DNA of 64,000 bases from NCBI RefSeq assembly GCF_006345805.1, contig NC_043002.1:113956001-114020000 (forward strand). The letters run 5' to 3'. Origin of the DNA: Octopus sinensis (lineage: Eukaryota). Below, in pieces: positions 25,639 to 36,443 of this stretch. Positions within the stretch are counted from its first letter, which is position 1. Each line of letters starts with the position of its first letter. The notes beneath the pieces were generated by a model, which saw nothing but the letters and a program-made list of their open reading frames with translations, did no database searches and had not been told where the DNA came from. Position numbers and translations under genes: made by a program.

Positions 25639-26149
25639 CCATAATTTCTTGAGTATAGTCCGCCCTTGAGTATAATACACAGGAGATTTTTAGGGGGCTG
25701 TACCTCTGAAAAACCTAAACCTTGTGTATAATACGCACCCCTTCTCTAACTTGAGTCAAGGAGGTCTATATAACGTCCTTGGTTTGTAAAACTGTATACG
25801 GTAACGTCCTTTATTATTATTGTGTATATAACATAATGCAAACGTGTAGCATTTTTGTGCATTTTGTTTGCAGAAAATAAAGAAATAACAGTAATAACGT
25901 TTAATAAATGTTGCTTACTGCAAGTTATGGATGATTCTTTTATGACTTCCTTGCTTTCAGGCTTAGCTTAAGGTATTTTCGCACCCGACATCACAGAATG
26001 CGTCTGAATAAACATTGCCAGACAGCAAATAGAGACTCGGACATTGCTTAGAAAATAATTTTCATTTTTAACCTCTATATAGTATGCAATAGGGATTTTG
26101 ACCTTTAAATTTTGGGGAAAAAACGCGGATTATACTCGAGGATTTACGG
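25639..26149. mobile_element. Tc1/mariner-superfamily (pogo/Tc2-like) MITE
   Basis: TA duplications; 25-bp TIRs CCATAATTTCTTGAGTATAGTCCGC vs CCGTAAATCCTCGAGTATAATCCGC (20/25). Confidence 0.8.
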
Positions 26150-26947
26150 TATGTAATATTATATACCAGTTTTCAGAAAAGCACAGACACCATGATACAG
26201 AACTATGCACATAATGACAACATGGTGTTACATCATCATCATCAGTTACAGAGAGTATTTGAAAATGCACAGTGATTTGTTTAGATTTTTTTGGTTTTCA
26301 AATTATTAAAGCCTTAACCAGTTTCACAGATTTCTCTGATTTATTTTCAAAAGTTGAGATAGAAAAGCATGGAGCTATGCTGCAACTGCCTTGCTTCTGA
26401 GAATTCAAAAATTATCTTGTTTTTATAGAGAGAACTCAGTTTAAATTTAGAGAACCTTATTTTGGGACTGTTACTAGACCATGCCAGCATTGATTTTTGG
26501 GGGTGGGGAACCTACAAAAGTTTCTAAGATTACTACTAATCATGAGATCTTCCTCTACTACACTTGACAGATAAAATTCAGACAGCCCTGATTGCTAGGG
26601 ATTGTCACTAGACATGTTCACTCAACCAAGACAGATTTAACTAACAGTACCAAACATACTGTCACATGACATCCTCAACCAATCAAAACATATCCCAAAC
26701 AGATACTAATTTAAGCTATGTTCTCTTTATAAAAACAAGGCAAATGCAGCAACTTTTGAAAATCAGAGAAATCTGTGAAACTGGCTAAGTCTTTAAAAAA
26801 TGTAAAAATGAAAAATCTAAATGAATCCCAATGCATTTTCAATTTCTTTTCTCTATTACTACCTGTGTGGAATAAAATAACTTTGTTTTATATATATATA
26901 TATATATATAATAGGTTGGAATTCTTTTTATTAATATATATATATAT

Positions 26948-27401
26948 ATATATATGAAAAAACAAGTCAAAAATAGAAAATGCTAAGATGATTTTATAGT
27001 GAATCTTTCAGTACCGGTTTCGGTCATTTTGAGACCTTTTCAACTGTAATGATTAAATAATTAAATTTAGAAAAATTAGAAGAAAAGTTTTTTTAAAAGA
27101 ATATTTCTGTAGTAGTGTTCAGATATAAGTAGCATTCTGCCTTTCTCTGACTCCCTTGTTTGCACTTGACCTCGAACACACAAGTGCAAACAAGGGAGTC
27201 AGAGAAAGGCAGAATGCTACTTATATCTGAACACTACTACAGAAATATTCTTTTAAAAAAACTTTTCTTCTAATTTTTCTAAATTTAATTATTTAATCAT
27301 TACAGTTGAAAAGGTCTCAAAATGACCGAAACCGGTACTGAAAGATTCACTATAAAATCATCTTAGCATTTTCTATTTTTGACTTGTTTTTTCATATATA
27401 T
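26948..27401. repeat. Perfect palindrome: two arms of about 221 bp and a 12-bp spacer (27169-27180); Penelope-like terminal repeat
   Basis: Arms 26948-27168 and 27181-27401 are reverse complements with no indel seen. Confidence 0.95.
27303..27340 (+). ncRNA. Minimal type I hammerhead ribozyme motif, U3:A8 core variant (mirror copy at 27009-27046, minus strand)
   Basis: CAG-TTGAAAA-GGTC(tcaaaat)GACC-GAA-ACCGGT-A-CTG: helix I, core, helix II, palindromic helix III and a GUA cleavage triplet. Confidence 0.7.
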
Positions 27402-27427
27402 CAACTCGTGTGTTCCTTTCCACCCTT

Positions 27428-27464
<37 letters not shown>

Positions 27465-27469
<5 letters not shown>

Positions 27470-28236
27470 AGAGTTTACGAAAAAAACAAAAGACGAAGAC
27501 AGGTGGTATACAAAACAAACAGATGTATTAGTATAGCGCTCAGGAATAGAAAAAGTATTTTACGTTTCGAGCCTACGCTCTTCTACAGAAAGGGACACAG
27601 AAAACAAGGAGAGAAACAAGGAGAGAAAACCCGAACACAGACCGGTGTTGCAAGGAGTGACCGGTGGAGCGGAAATGGCGTGAGACCGGGGTGTCATTGC
27701 CGAGGCGGATGTCTCAGAGGTGTTCCATGAACCGGTCAGCCAAGCGGCGTCCCGTTTGTCCAATGTACAGGAAATGGCAGAGAGAGCAGGAGATGCAGGT
27801 GAAGGAGTCGATGATGCGATAGGGTCGATGATGGGTGCCAGTGAGGAGGGTGGTGTTGGAGAGGTAAGGGCAAGTGCGGCAGCATGGGCGGGAGCAGGGG
27901 AACGAGCCAGGTTGGGAAAGAAGCTGTGGATCAAGAGGTCTCGTAGGTTGTGGGCTCGTTTGAAGGAGGTGAGGGGTCGGTTAGGGAAGATGTGTGAAGT
28001 GGACGGGTCAGACTGGAGATGCCGGAAAGCTCGAAGAATGGTGCGTTGGAGAGGTAGGGTGGTGGGGTGGTAGGTGAGGGGAAAATGGAGGTGGGAGACT
28101 GCAGGGCAGGTTCAGGGGAAGAGAGCAGATGCACGGTCCACGGAACGTGCTCTGGCAAGGGCGGTGTGGATAGTGGTGAGGGGATATCCATGTAGGATGA
28201 AGTGGCGAGCCATGAGTTGAGACTGAACCCGAAAAC
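27465..28236 (-). mobile_element. Penelope-like element 3' fragment: GIY-YIG endonuclease pseudogene plus terminal repeat
   Basis: Minus frames give HGYPLTTIHTALARARSVDRASAL, PLTSFKRAHNLRDLLIHS, PCSRPCCRTCPY and CSLCHFLYIGQTGRRLADRFMEHL*DIR...HF. A hammerhead-like motif lies at 27558-27591. Confidence 0.85.
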
Positions 28237-28299
28237 ATGAGGTTCGTAAGCAAGCTACTTACCACACACCCACTCCTATGCCTATGGCACAAGTGTGAC

Positions 28300-28330
<31 letters not shown>

Positions 28331-28345
28331 TAGAGGATATGTTAC

Positions 28346-28415
28346 CTTGTGAAGGGATGGTTGCATCCAAGGAAATACTGGTTCAATACCTAGTATTGTT
28401 GGGGAATGAAATTCC
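28346..28415 (-). CDS. Host gene exon (EFHSPTILGIEPVFPWMQPSLHK, phase 2 to 0)
   Basis: ctattgttttaag acceptor, AAG|GTAACA donor; 70 nt, only the phase-compatible frame is open. Confidence 0.6.
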
Positions 28416-29103
28416 CTTAAAACAATAGGTATATATTAAGCATATAATTTATATCCAGTTATAGCCTAATACCAACCACTTAAAGAGTGAACTGGGTGCC
28501 ATTCCCACAACCATTGCTTGATAACCAATGTTGATTCGTTTATGCCCCAGTAACTTAGCAGTTCAGTAAACAAGACAGAATAAGTATCAGACTTAAAAAT
28601 AAGTAATGGGATTGATATATTCAATTAAACTCTTCAAGGTGAGGGTCCAGTATGGCCACAATCCAATGACTGAAAACAGTACAAAAAGAAAGGAAAAAAA
28701 TAAGATAACAGAAAACTAATAAATCAGCTGGTGGCTTAAACATTCCACCATAACAAAATTTCAATGAAAGAATTTGCAGAATGTTGACATTCTGTGTATT
28801 CTCTTATAGATATTTCCCTGGGTAATTATCTCAGATAAATTTAGATAAAATTCTAGAAAGTTATGTTCGGTATTTATAATTCCAATTTAATTAAAACCTA
28901 GAGACAATTTTAATGAGAGAAAATTAATTTAAGTTTTAGTAAACAAAATGGTTCTCTGATCTAACTGTTACTGAGCTTTCACATCAAAGTCATCTTTCCA
29001 TTGATTGGTCATTTAATATTTACCTTTTCCTTCTAAGTTATGCATGTCTACATGTTTATGTACTAAGCAGTGAAAAGTAATTAGTCTGCAGGCAATTGCC
29101 TCT

Positions 29104-30396
29104 AACCCTTAATGCCTCTGCATTCTTATTGTTTTGAATGAATCATGCATTATCTTGTAGATATCCTCCTCCGCCGCCTGAACATTCTTTGGTGAGCAGC
29201 CATTGTTGCTCACCTTTCTTTTTCTTTTCGTGGAGGCAACTTCCTCCACAACTTCCACCGTCTCCCCCTCCAATGAGGGGGCGGCAGGCACCTTCTCTTT
29301 CTCATGCTCCAGGGCACCACCACAGCCCCCTGGACAGTTCCTTTTGATATGGCCAGGCTCCAGACACAGGTGACACTTGGGGGGGGGGGCGTACCTCAAG
29401 TATCACCGGGTACCTGTACCCAGCCATTTTTAGGAAATCTGGAAACTTGTCTCCCACGGCCACCGGGGTCCACAGGGTCAAAGTTGCTTTTGACCCCTCC
29501 CAGTCGACCACGGGAGTAATCTTCACACTCAATAGCCTGGGCCCGCTATCCCCCAGGCCTCGCCGGATGGTCTTCTCGATCCATCCCGCCTCCATGCGAT
29601 GGCACCACACAACCTAGAATAGGTCCGTAGTACCACCGTCCTCTTCTCAAGGCTTTCAATCCATTGCTTAGGTGGGACCACCTCCCATTCTAAGGCACTT
29701 TTTGCATTTGCCATGTTTAAAAGTCAATTCAAAAGAAGAAGGAAAGTTCAAATGAATTTACAAATCCAAAAAGAAATAAACAAATCAGTTCAAAAAATAT
29801 GAATAAAAATAAAATTCAAAAGAAACGCAAAAACAGCTCCAAAAAGAAAGAAAAAGAAACAGAAGGATAGAGAAAAGAAAAACAGTTCACACAGCAAACA
29901 TCAATGGCCAACAGGTACTCCTGGCCAACTTCGTAGGTTCAATGGTAATCCAACAAGTTTCAATGGCAAAGTCCAGTAAGTTCGGGCGAAGATACAACCC
30001 CTTTTTTTTTTTCCAATATAAAAACCAACAAACAGCAGCCCACCCCACCCCCCGACAGCAGGCAGAATTGCTACGGAGCGGGGCGAAATTTATCAACACA
30101 CAACCAATTACTATTTGACAAATTACACCCAGCTCAAACGAAAACAAAACCACCTACCTTGACGAGCTTATGCTGCTGCTATTCTTTATTCTTTCAGTTC
30201 AATATTGGACGGAGCCAACACACTCACGTCCACCTCGGTTCACTGTAATAAGCAACACCAAAGCGCGTGTGCGGGAAGCAAGCTTCATGCCTGTTCATTT
30301 TTAGAATGGCATTGTATAAGAGCAGCATCTGGCTGTTGTGTGTATAAAGCAGGTAGAATATTTGGGGCAGATATGGCTGATCTAAATGCTAAAGGG
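29104..30396 (-). mobile_element. piggyBac-type MITE split by a LINE fragment
   Basis: MITE halves at 29104-29163 and about 30291-30396 (…CTAAAGGG|TTAA) match the 41038-41258 family in reverse orientation. Confidence 0.6.
29164..30245 (-). mobile_element. L1/Tx1-like LINE 5' part: 5' UTR plus frameshifted ORF1 with CCHC zinc knuckle
   Basis: ORF1 starts at 29714 (MANAKSALEW...), continues ...YRYPVILEVRPP and then KCHLCLEPGHIKRNC (CX2CX4HX4C) across frameshifts. The 5' UTR is homologous to 63677-64000. Confidence 0.7.
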
Positions 30397-31218
30397 TTAA
30401 AACAAGTCATTTGTCTAAATGGGTTATTTCTTTAAAACAGACCATTCGTTTGCAACATTTATGTAAACAGGTCACATGTTTAAAAGAGATGCATTCTTCT
30501 TTTTTTTATGTTGGCTTAATGCTGAAAATAACTAAAATTTAGTCATTTTTAGGATTAAATATACTTTACGAAATAAAACTGACATGATATTTTCAGGTTC
30601 ACAATCACTCCACAGTTCAGTGCACCTGTCTTTTGTTACTAAAAAATATCTGACATGTTGATATTTTTGTACACATTGACACATAAGCCATTAAAACTTG
30701 ACTTCTGGCAATGCTTCATTCACAGATAACATGATGAATTATTGTGAAGAACACTATTTCAAACTTGAGCCCAATTACATTTGTGTATTTATTCAGTTCT
30801 GATGCTATAAAATTTGCTACAAAAATTTTTGATACAACAAATATATATGTATTTTTTCCTTCTTCTTGTAATTTTGAACAGAACTCTTCCAATTATTTCT
30901 CAGAAACAATTTCTCTACTCGGTACAAGGTCACAAGTCATAGAAACAGGTGCACAATAAATGTGCTTCAGAAATTCTTGAACTAAAAAACAAGATGAAAA
31001 AAATCTTTAATTTTTGCAGTACTTAATTTAATATCTAAAACTTATTGCTTATGTATGCTAAGTTAATGACCATACTGTCATAAATTGAAAATCTTGCTAC
31101 TACAGGTTACTTGACTGACAAACAGATTCTAATCTTAATAGGTGAGCAGTTAGTGGTAGGAAAAATGTCCAACTTAAAGGTAAGTATAACTCCAATATGT
31201 TTTCTTTTTCTTTTTTAA

Positions 31219-31433
31219 CCCTTTTGTTACCAACCCGGCTGAATCTGGCTCTTTAATATAAATGTCTTGTTTCTATAAGTTCTGAATTAAAATCTTCCAC
31301 CAAACCTTAGTCAGAATTTATGTTCCTAACGCTAACTTAATGATAACGAAGATATTTTACTAAATTCTTTGTTATATTTAAAATAATTGGAAGAAACACA
31401 GAGCATCTCAAAATAAATATAGTAACGAAAGGG
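31219..31433. mobile_element. piggyBac-type MITE (second family)
   Basis: TTAA|CCCTTTTGTTAC ... GTAACGAAAGGG|TTAA (11/12 TIR match). Confidence 0.8.
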
Positions 31434-31800
31434 TTAATTCTGAAAACTATTGTACCTAAGTTATCATTAAAAAAGAAATGGATGTAAGATTGTATAAAAA
31501 GAAAAATCCAACAGACATGCCTCTAATAATACACTTTGAAGCAGAACAATTGTCCAGTGCCACTTATGAAGTCATAGACAAACTTCAAATAAATATATCT
31601 CAAGCACAATCATTTCAAGGAATGGCAGTCAGAATCTGTTTCAATTTCAATGTTACAACAATGAAGATATAACCTTATAAGCCAAGGTAACTACAAAGAT
31701 TAGCAAGGTTTTGACCATTTAATGTTCAATTTTTATCCAAGTTTATATGTATTACATGGGTATGCAAATTTGGATATTTGTACCAGCTGTTTATAAGTAC

Positions 31801-31849
31801 CATTCATTCAAACAAAACAGAGCATACATATCATCTACATCAGAATAGC
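31801..31849 (-). CDS. Host gene exon (YSDVDDMYALFCLNE-W, phase 1 to 2)
   Basis: cttatattgttcag acceptor, GTACTT donor; 49 nt bridging the phases of the two flanking exons. Confidence 0.6.
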
Positions 31850-32042
31850 CTGAACAATATAAGTTGAGCTAAGGCTAAATGCACAACCAGTGGTAAAATT
31901 TGAGTTAATATTCTCCATATAAACTCAATATTGAAAAAAAGAAAAATTTTATACGTTACTTATGTTCATATAATTCAAAGATTGTAACCCCACATCACTT
32001 GAAAATACCAAACAACCATATATGATGTATGTATCTATTTAA

Positions 32043-32258
32043 TCTTTTAGCATTTAAACCAGCCATAACTAGCCCAATATTCCATCTGCTTTAAGTTCAA
32101 ACTAACCAGATTTAGCCTTCTCACACCTACCCTACAATGTCATTCTAAAAATAAACAATCACGTCATCAAAATCTCAGTTATGAGATAAGCTATGATAAA
32201 TTCAAAACAATGTGGATAAATAAGCTTTACATTCAACAGTAATCTAAAAGCTAATGGG
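32043..32258. mobile_element. Degenerate piggyBac-type MITE
   Basis: Internal similarity to 41038-41258; ends GGG|TTAA. Confidence 0.65.
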
Positions 32259-32478
32259 TTAAAAGAGCCATAACTTCATTGCTTTCATTTTTTAAATGCA
32301 AGTTCCCTTGTAACCAACAACATTAATCAACAGCCGGTTAATAGACCTTGTACCTGGTCACAAAAATATGTAATCTATTTATATGTAAAATGAATCCCAT
32401 AGAGCATATACAATTTTATCATAAAACATCTCAATCTAGAGCACTTATAAAAGTGTGTCTATGTATGTATTAATTTTT

Positions 32479-32752
32479 ACAGTTTTATATTTAAGAGTTG
32501 AGGAATTATGTACATTATTTACACTTGACGGATATTTGTCCTCATCTTGTTTGTTGTTAACACATTTCTGCTGATATACCCCCCAGCCTTCTTCAGGTGT
32601 CTTGGGTAAATTTCAAACCTGGGTTCTCATTCCTAAGGTATTTTTCGATGTTATTATTATTATTGTTAGTGCTCAGGTCACTGCTTGAAATCAAACTCAG
32701 AATCTTGGGGTTAATAGCCCGTGCTCTTAACCACTATGCCATACACCCATGG
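32479..32752 (-). mobile_element. tRNA-headed SINE with hammerhead tail (family H), copy 1
   Basis: Reverse complement of 32875-33151; hammerhead motif at 32559-32601. Confidence 0.8.
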
Positions 32753-32874
32753 GCTTTTTTCTTTTTTATTTTTTCCAACAGTTGTAATGGATCCCCTCAT
32801 GGACGAGGGCATGTCCTGCCCTTTCTGCTACTCTTTTAGCTTTATGTGAATCAACTGGGGTCATTATATTCAAA

Positions 32875-33151
32875 CCATGGGCATATGGCATAGTGGTTAA
32901 GAGCGCGGACTACTAACCCCAAGATTCTGAGTTCAATTCCAAGCAGTGACCTGAACAATAATAATAATAATAATAATAACATCGAAAAATACCTTAAGAA
33001 TGAGAACCCAGGTTTGAAATTTACCCAAGACACCTGAAGAAGGAGGGTATATCAGCCGAAACGTTGTGTTAACAATAAAACAAGATGAGGACAAATATCC
33101 GTCAAATGTAAATAATGTAAATAATTCCTCATCTCTTAAATATAAAACTGT
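32875..33151 (+). mobile_element. Family H SINE, copy 2
   Basis: A box TGGCATAGTGG, B box GTTCAATTC, (AAT)n, then GACAC-CTGAAGA-...CAGCC-GAAACGTT-GTGTT at 33029-33070. Confidence 0.85.
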
Positions 33152-33341
33152 ATTATCTAATCAGTACGGAACAGACATTAGACTTCAGTGGAGACATATA
33201 GAGAAACCCTATCAAAAACTAGCTTGTCTTTCAAACCATCTATGTAGATGTAGAGACTCAAAGCTAATACCATCAGTCATTATAAAAAGCAGAACATGCC
33301 CTCATCCATGAGAGGATCCATTACAACCGTTGGAAAAACGC

Positions 33342-33590
33342 CCACGAGCATATGGCGTAGTGGTTAAGAGCGCGGGCTACTAACCCCAAGATTCCAAGTT
33401 CAATTCCAAGCAGTGACCTGAACAATAACAAATAATAATAATAATATCGAAAAATACCTTAGGAATGAGAACCCAGGTTCAAAATTTCCCCAAGACACCT
33501 GATGAAGGATGGAGGGTATATCAGCCGAAATGTTGTGTTAACAACAAACACGATGAGGACAAATATCCATCGAATGTAAATAATGTAAAT
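33342..33590 (+). mobile_element. Family H SINE, copy 3
   Basis: A box TGGCGTAGTGG at 33353-33363, B box at about 33398-33406, hammerhead motif at 33494-33539. Confidence 0.85.
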
Positions 33591-34552
33591 AAAGTATTAA
33601 TTTCTGTTTTAATTTATATAAGAGAGAAAATATGTAATAAATGAGTAAAAATTACCAGTGAAAAAAGACTACTTAGAGAATTAAGTGTAGTTTGAACTCT
33701 TATTTCCAAGTTAATAATCATGTTTTGACAGATCCTCCAATGGCTTTGACAATGAGTGTTCCAGTTCTTCAATCAGGTGAACTACTTACTTGCATTAGCA
33801 TTTAAGTGACCAAGTATTCCACAGCTCTGTGTATCCTTAATGTAATCCTCAGGCAGAATTAGCATGACACAGAGTGTAACAAAACTGGCTTATTGCACCA
33901 TATTATACAGTTTCCATATACCCAATATCACTCACAAGGATTGGATTGATACAAAGCTATATATAATTGAAGATATTTGCACAAGATGCCATGCAGTGGG
34001 AGCAAAGCAAATTTCTTAACCTTTCAACCATGCCTGCTCCATTAAAAGAAAAGATCATTCAAGTTGCAATGGTTTAGAAGTTCACAACTACGTGGTTATC
34101 AGTTCAATCCCTTTGTAAAACACTTGGAAAAGTGTTTTCTATCAACACTTAGCGGTTCGGCAAAAGAGACCGATAGAATAAGTACTGGGCTTGCAAAGAA
34201 TAAGTCCCGGGGTCGATTTGCTCGACTAAAAGCGGTGCTCCAGCATGGCCGCAGTCAACTGACTGAAACAAGTAAAAGAGTAACCCATAACTGAAACATG
34301 GTAGACAGAGCTACGTAGAAGACCATCAGAAAAGTATCTCAGTTTTGACACAGCAGACTTAATCTATCACCTAGTTTAACATTTGACCCTTGGATGCATT
34401 TAGCAGAGTCCATTCTGTTGCAAGTATTCAGACCAGGATCCAGTCTTAGAGCGACTCCTATCAGTCCCAATGGCCTCTAAAAGGGTCAGAGGCACAAACA
34501 TTTCTCCTCTGAATAAACCATAAAAAGACATTCTTGTTTAATAGCAATCTTT

Positions 34553-34901
34553 TATATTTTCTTGTTTCAGTTGTTGTACTGCAGCTATGTTGATGCACTG
34601 CTTTGAAGGGTTTAGTCAAGCAAATCAACTCCAGAATTAATTTTTTTAAGTCTGGTATATATTTTATCAGTATCTTTTTGCCAAACAGTTAAGTTACAGG
34701 GATGTAAACAAACCAATACCAACTGTCAAATGGTGGTGGGGACAAAAAACACAAACACATACATCTACCAAATTCAATCAGAGGGCATTGGTCAACCTGG
34801 GGAGTGGGGCAACAGTAGATGACATTTGCTCAAGGTGCTGTGCAGTGGGATTGAACCTAACACTCACTGGTTAAAAAGTAAGCTTCTTAACCACACAGCC
34901 T
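34553..34901 (-). mobile_element. Family S SINE, degenerate
   Basis: Tail, body and head recognisable. A plus-strand tail half lies at 34140-34280. Confidence 0.75.
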
Positions 34902-34954
34902 AACCACATTACTTCTAATTTTGAAGCAGAAAGGAGGAGATGAAAAAAACTTAC

Positions 34955-34997
34955 CGAGAGCTCGTTCATACCACAAAATGTTATAATCATTGTCCAT
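34955..34997 (-). CDS. Host gene exon (MDNDYNILWYERAL-G, phase 0 to 1)
   Basis: Minus strand reads ttctaatacacttcag|ATGGACAAT...GCTCTCG|gtaagt: branch-point-like CTAAT, CAG acceptor, consensus donor, 43 nt open. Confidence 0.7.
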
Positions 34998-35357
34998 CTG
35001 AAGTGTATTAGAAAATCCTAACACTATTTGACACTTTAGACTAACCAACAAAGAAATGATCTCATTCACTATAGATAAGCTTTTCAGTTCATTCATCCAA
35101 TTAACCTTTATTTGTTATCTGCTGTTAGCTTAAAAACCTTAATCAACATTAGATCAACATAATCAATCACCTGTATCACATTCCTCCTTATTGGTTGAGT
35201 CTATCTAGCAGTAAACAGGCAACATGTAGAGATATGATTTGTCACTATAGACAACAGAAGTTTTGATAAGCCAATAATGAAACCTCTATATAGTCACCCA
35301 ACCAACAACACACAGCAACCAAATTTCCTTCAAATCACAGTCCATCTTAAAAGATAA

Positions 35358-35760
35358 TCTATATATATAAAGCTGAAGTTGTCTGTGTGTGTGTGTGGCA
35401 AGTTTGGTAGCCTTCAACTAACACTATCTCCTCTGTGCTCCTGCAGCGCAAGTTGACCAAAATTGAGAGTATGATAGAAGGCTTGCTCTTCCTTCCGTAG
35501 AAGAAAAAATTCAAATCGGACCATGTTAAGACCAAAAATTATTTACATAAAAAAAGGTGCTTTTTTTTTCCTATGAAAATCCCTATTTTTACAATTTTTT
35601 TGACTGCTGTGTTGCCATTTTTCGGTGTATTTCAACCAGAAAAATGTTCACTTAAAGAGAATAACAAGTTACATAAGGCAAAATTTTTACTTTTCAAAAA
35701 TTCCACTTCTAAAGGGTCAAAAAGTAAACAAACCTGAGCAATGCCGGGCTATACTGCTAG
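35358..35760 (+). mobile_element. Non-autonomous Helitron-like element
   Basis: A|TCTATATATATAAAG ... GAGCAATGCCGGGCTATACTGCTAG|T. Confidence 0.75.
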
Positions 35761-35849
35761 TGTATAGATAAACCAATCACTCTAGACTCCCCTTCACCCC
35801 ACCCCAAAAAGATGGAATGATCATGGCTTTGATCATAGCTTGACTCAGT

Positions 35850-36200
35850 CAGAATTGAGCTTGTTTTAACCACTGAACTGTGACAACACTAAGGCAACAT
35901 CTTGAAGGGTGTAGTCAAACAAATCAACTCCACTACTTATTTTAAAGTCTAATACTAATTCTATCAGTCGTTTTTGTTGAACCACTAGGTTACAGAGATG
36001 TAAACAGATCAACACCAGTTGTTAAGCCATGGTAAGGAGCACGTGTGTGTGTGTAGGGCTTCCACACAGTTTCCATCTAACAAATTTACTCAAGGCATTG
36101 GTCAGCCTGAAACTATATTAGAAGAAACTTTCTCAAAGTGTCACACAGTGGGACCAAGCCTGAAACTACATGCATGCAAAGCATACCTTCTTAACCTATG
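35850..36200 (-). mobile_element. Family S SINE, degenerate
   Basis: Recognisable body and head remnants. Confidence 0.65.
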
Positions 36201-36394
36201 TAAACTGAAAAAATAAAACCAATTATTATTTCCCACCAACACCTCCACCACCAAAAATACAAAGCAACAAAATTTGGGAGTGAACCAAGTTGAGAACTTG
36301 ATAGGTACTTTATCAACCTGGCGTGACTTTTAACTGAGAATGTAAAAGCTGACTACCCTTAGTCATAGCTTATAAATACTATAAGGTGTTTTAC

Positions 36395-36443
36395 CTGCAC
36401 TTGTTTCAGGCAGTTACAGAGATAAAAGTGATTGTAATGCATG
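36395..36443 (-). CDS. Tentative upstream exon of the minus-strand host gene (MHYNHFYLCNCLKQVQ, phase 2 to 0)
   Basis: TAG acceptor, CAG|GTAAAA donor; open only in the frame that joins the 34997 exon. Weaker than the core exons. Confidence 0.35.

Noticed and set aside
27560-28292. Pro/Ser-rich and Gly-rich ORFs in the track
   Set aside because: Off-frame or antisense readings of the GC-rich Penelope-like fragment; the true frame is broken by stops.
31106-31179. Plus-strand exon candidate GYLTDKQILILIGEQLVVGKMSNLK (CAG acceptor, AAG|GTAAGT donor)
   Set aside because: Good signals, but I found no phase-compatible plus-strand partners, and it opposes the minus-strand chain. Left unresolved; RNA-seq would decide.
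32875-33410. tRNA genes
   Set aside because: A and B boxes are present, but no complete cloverleaf with an acceptor stem was found, and the heads are fused to repeat bodies. These are SINE heads.
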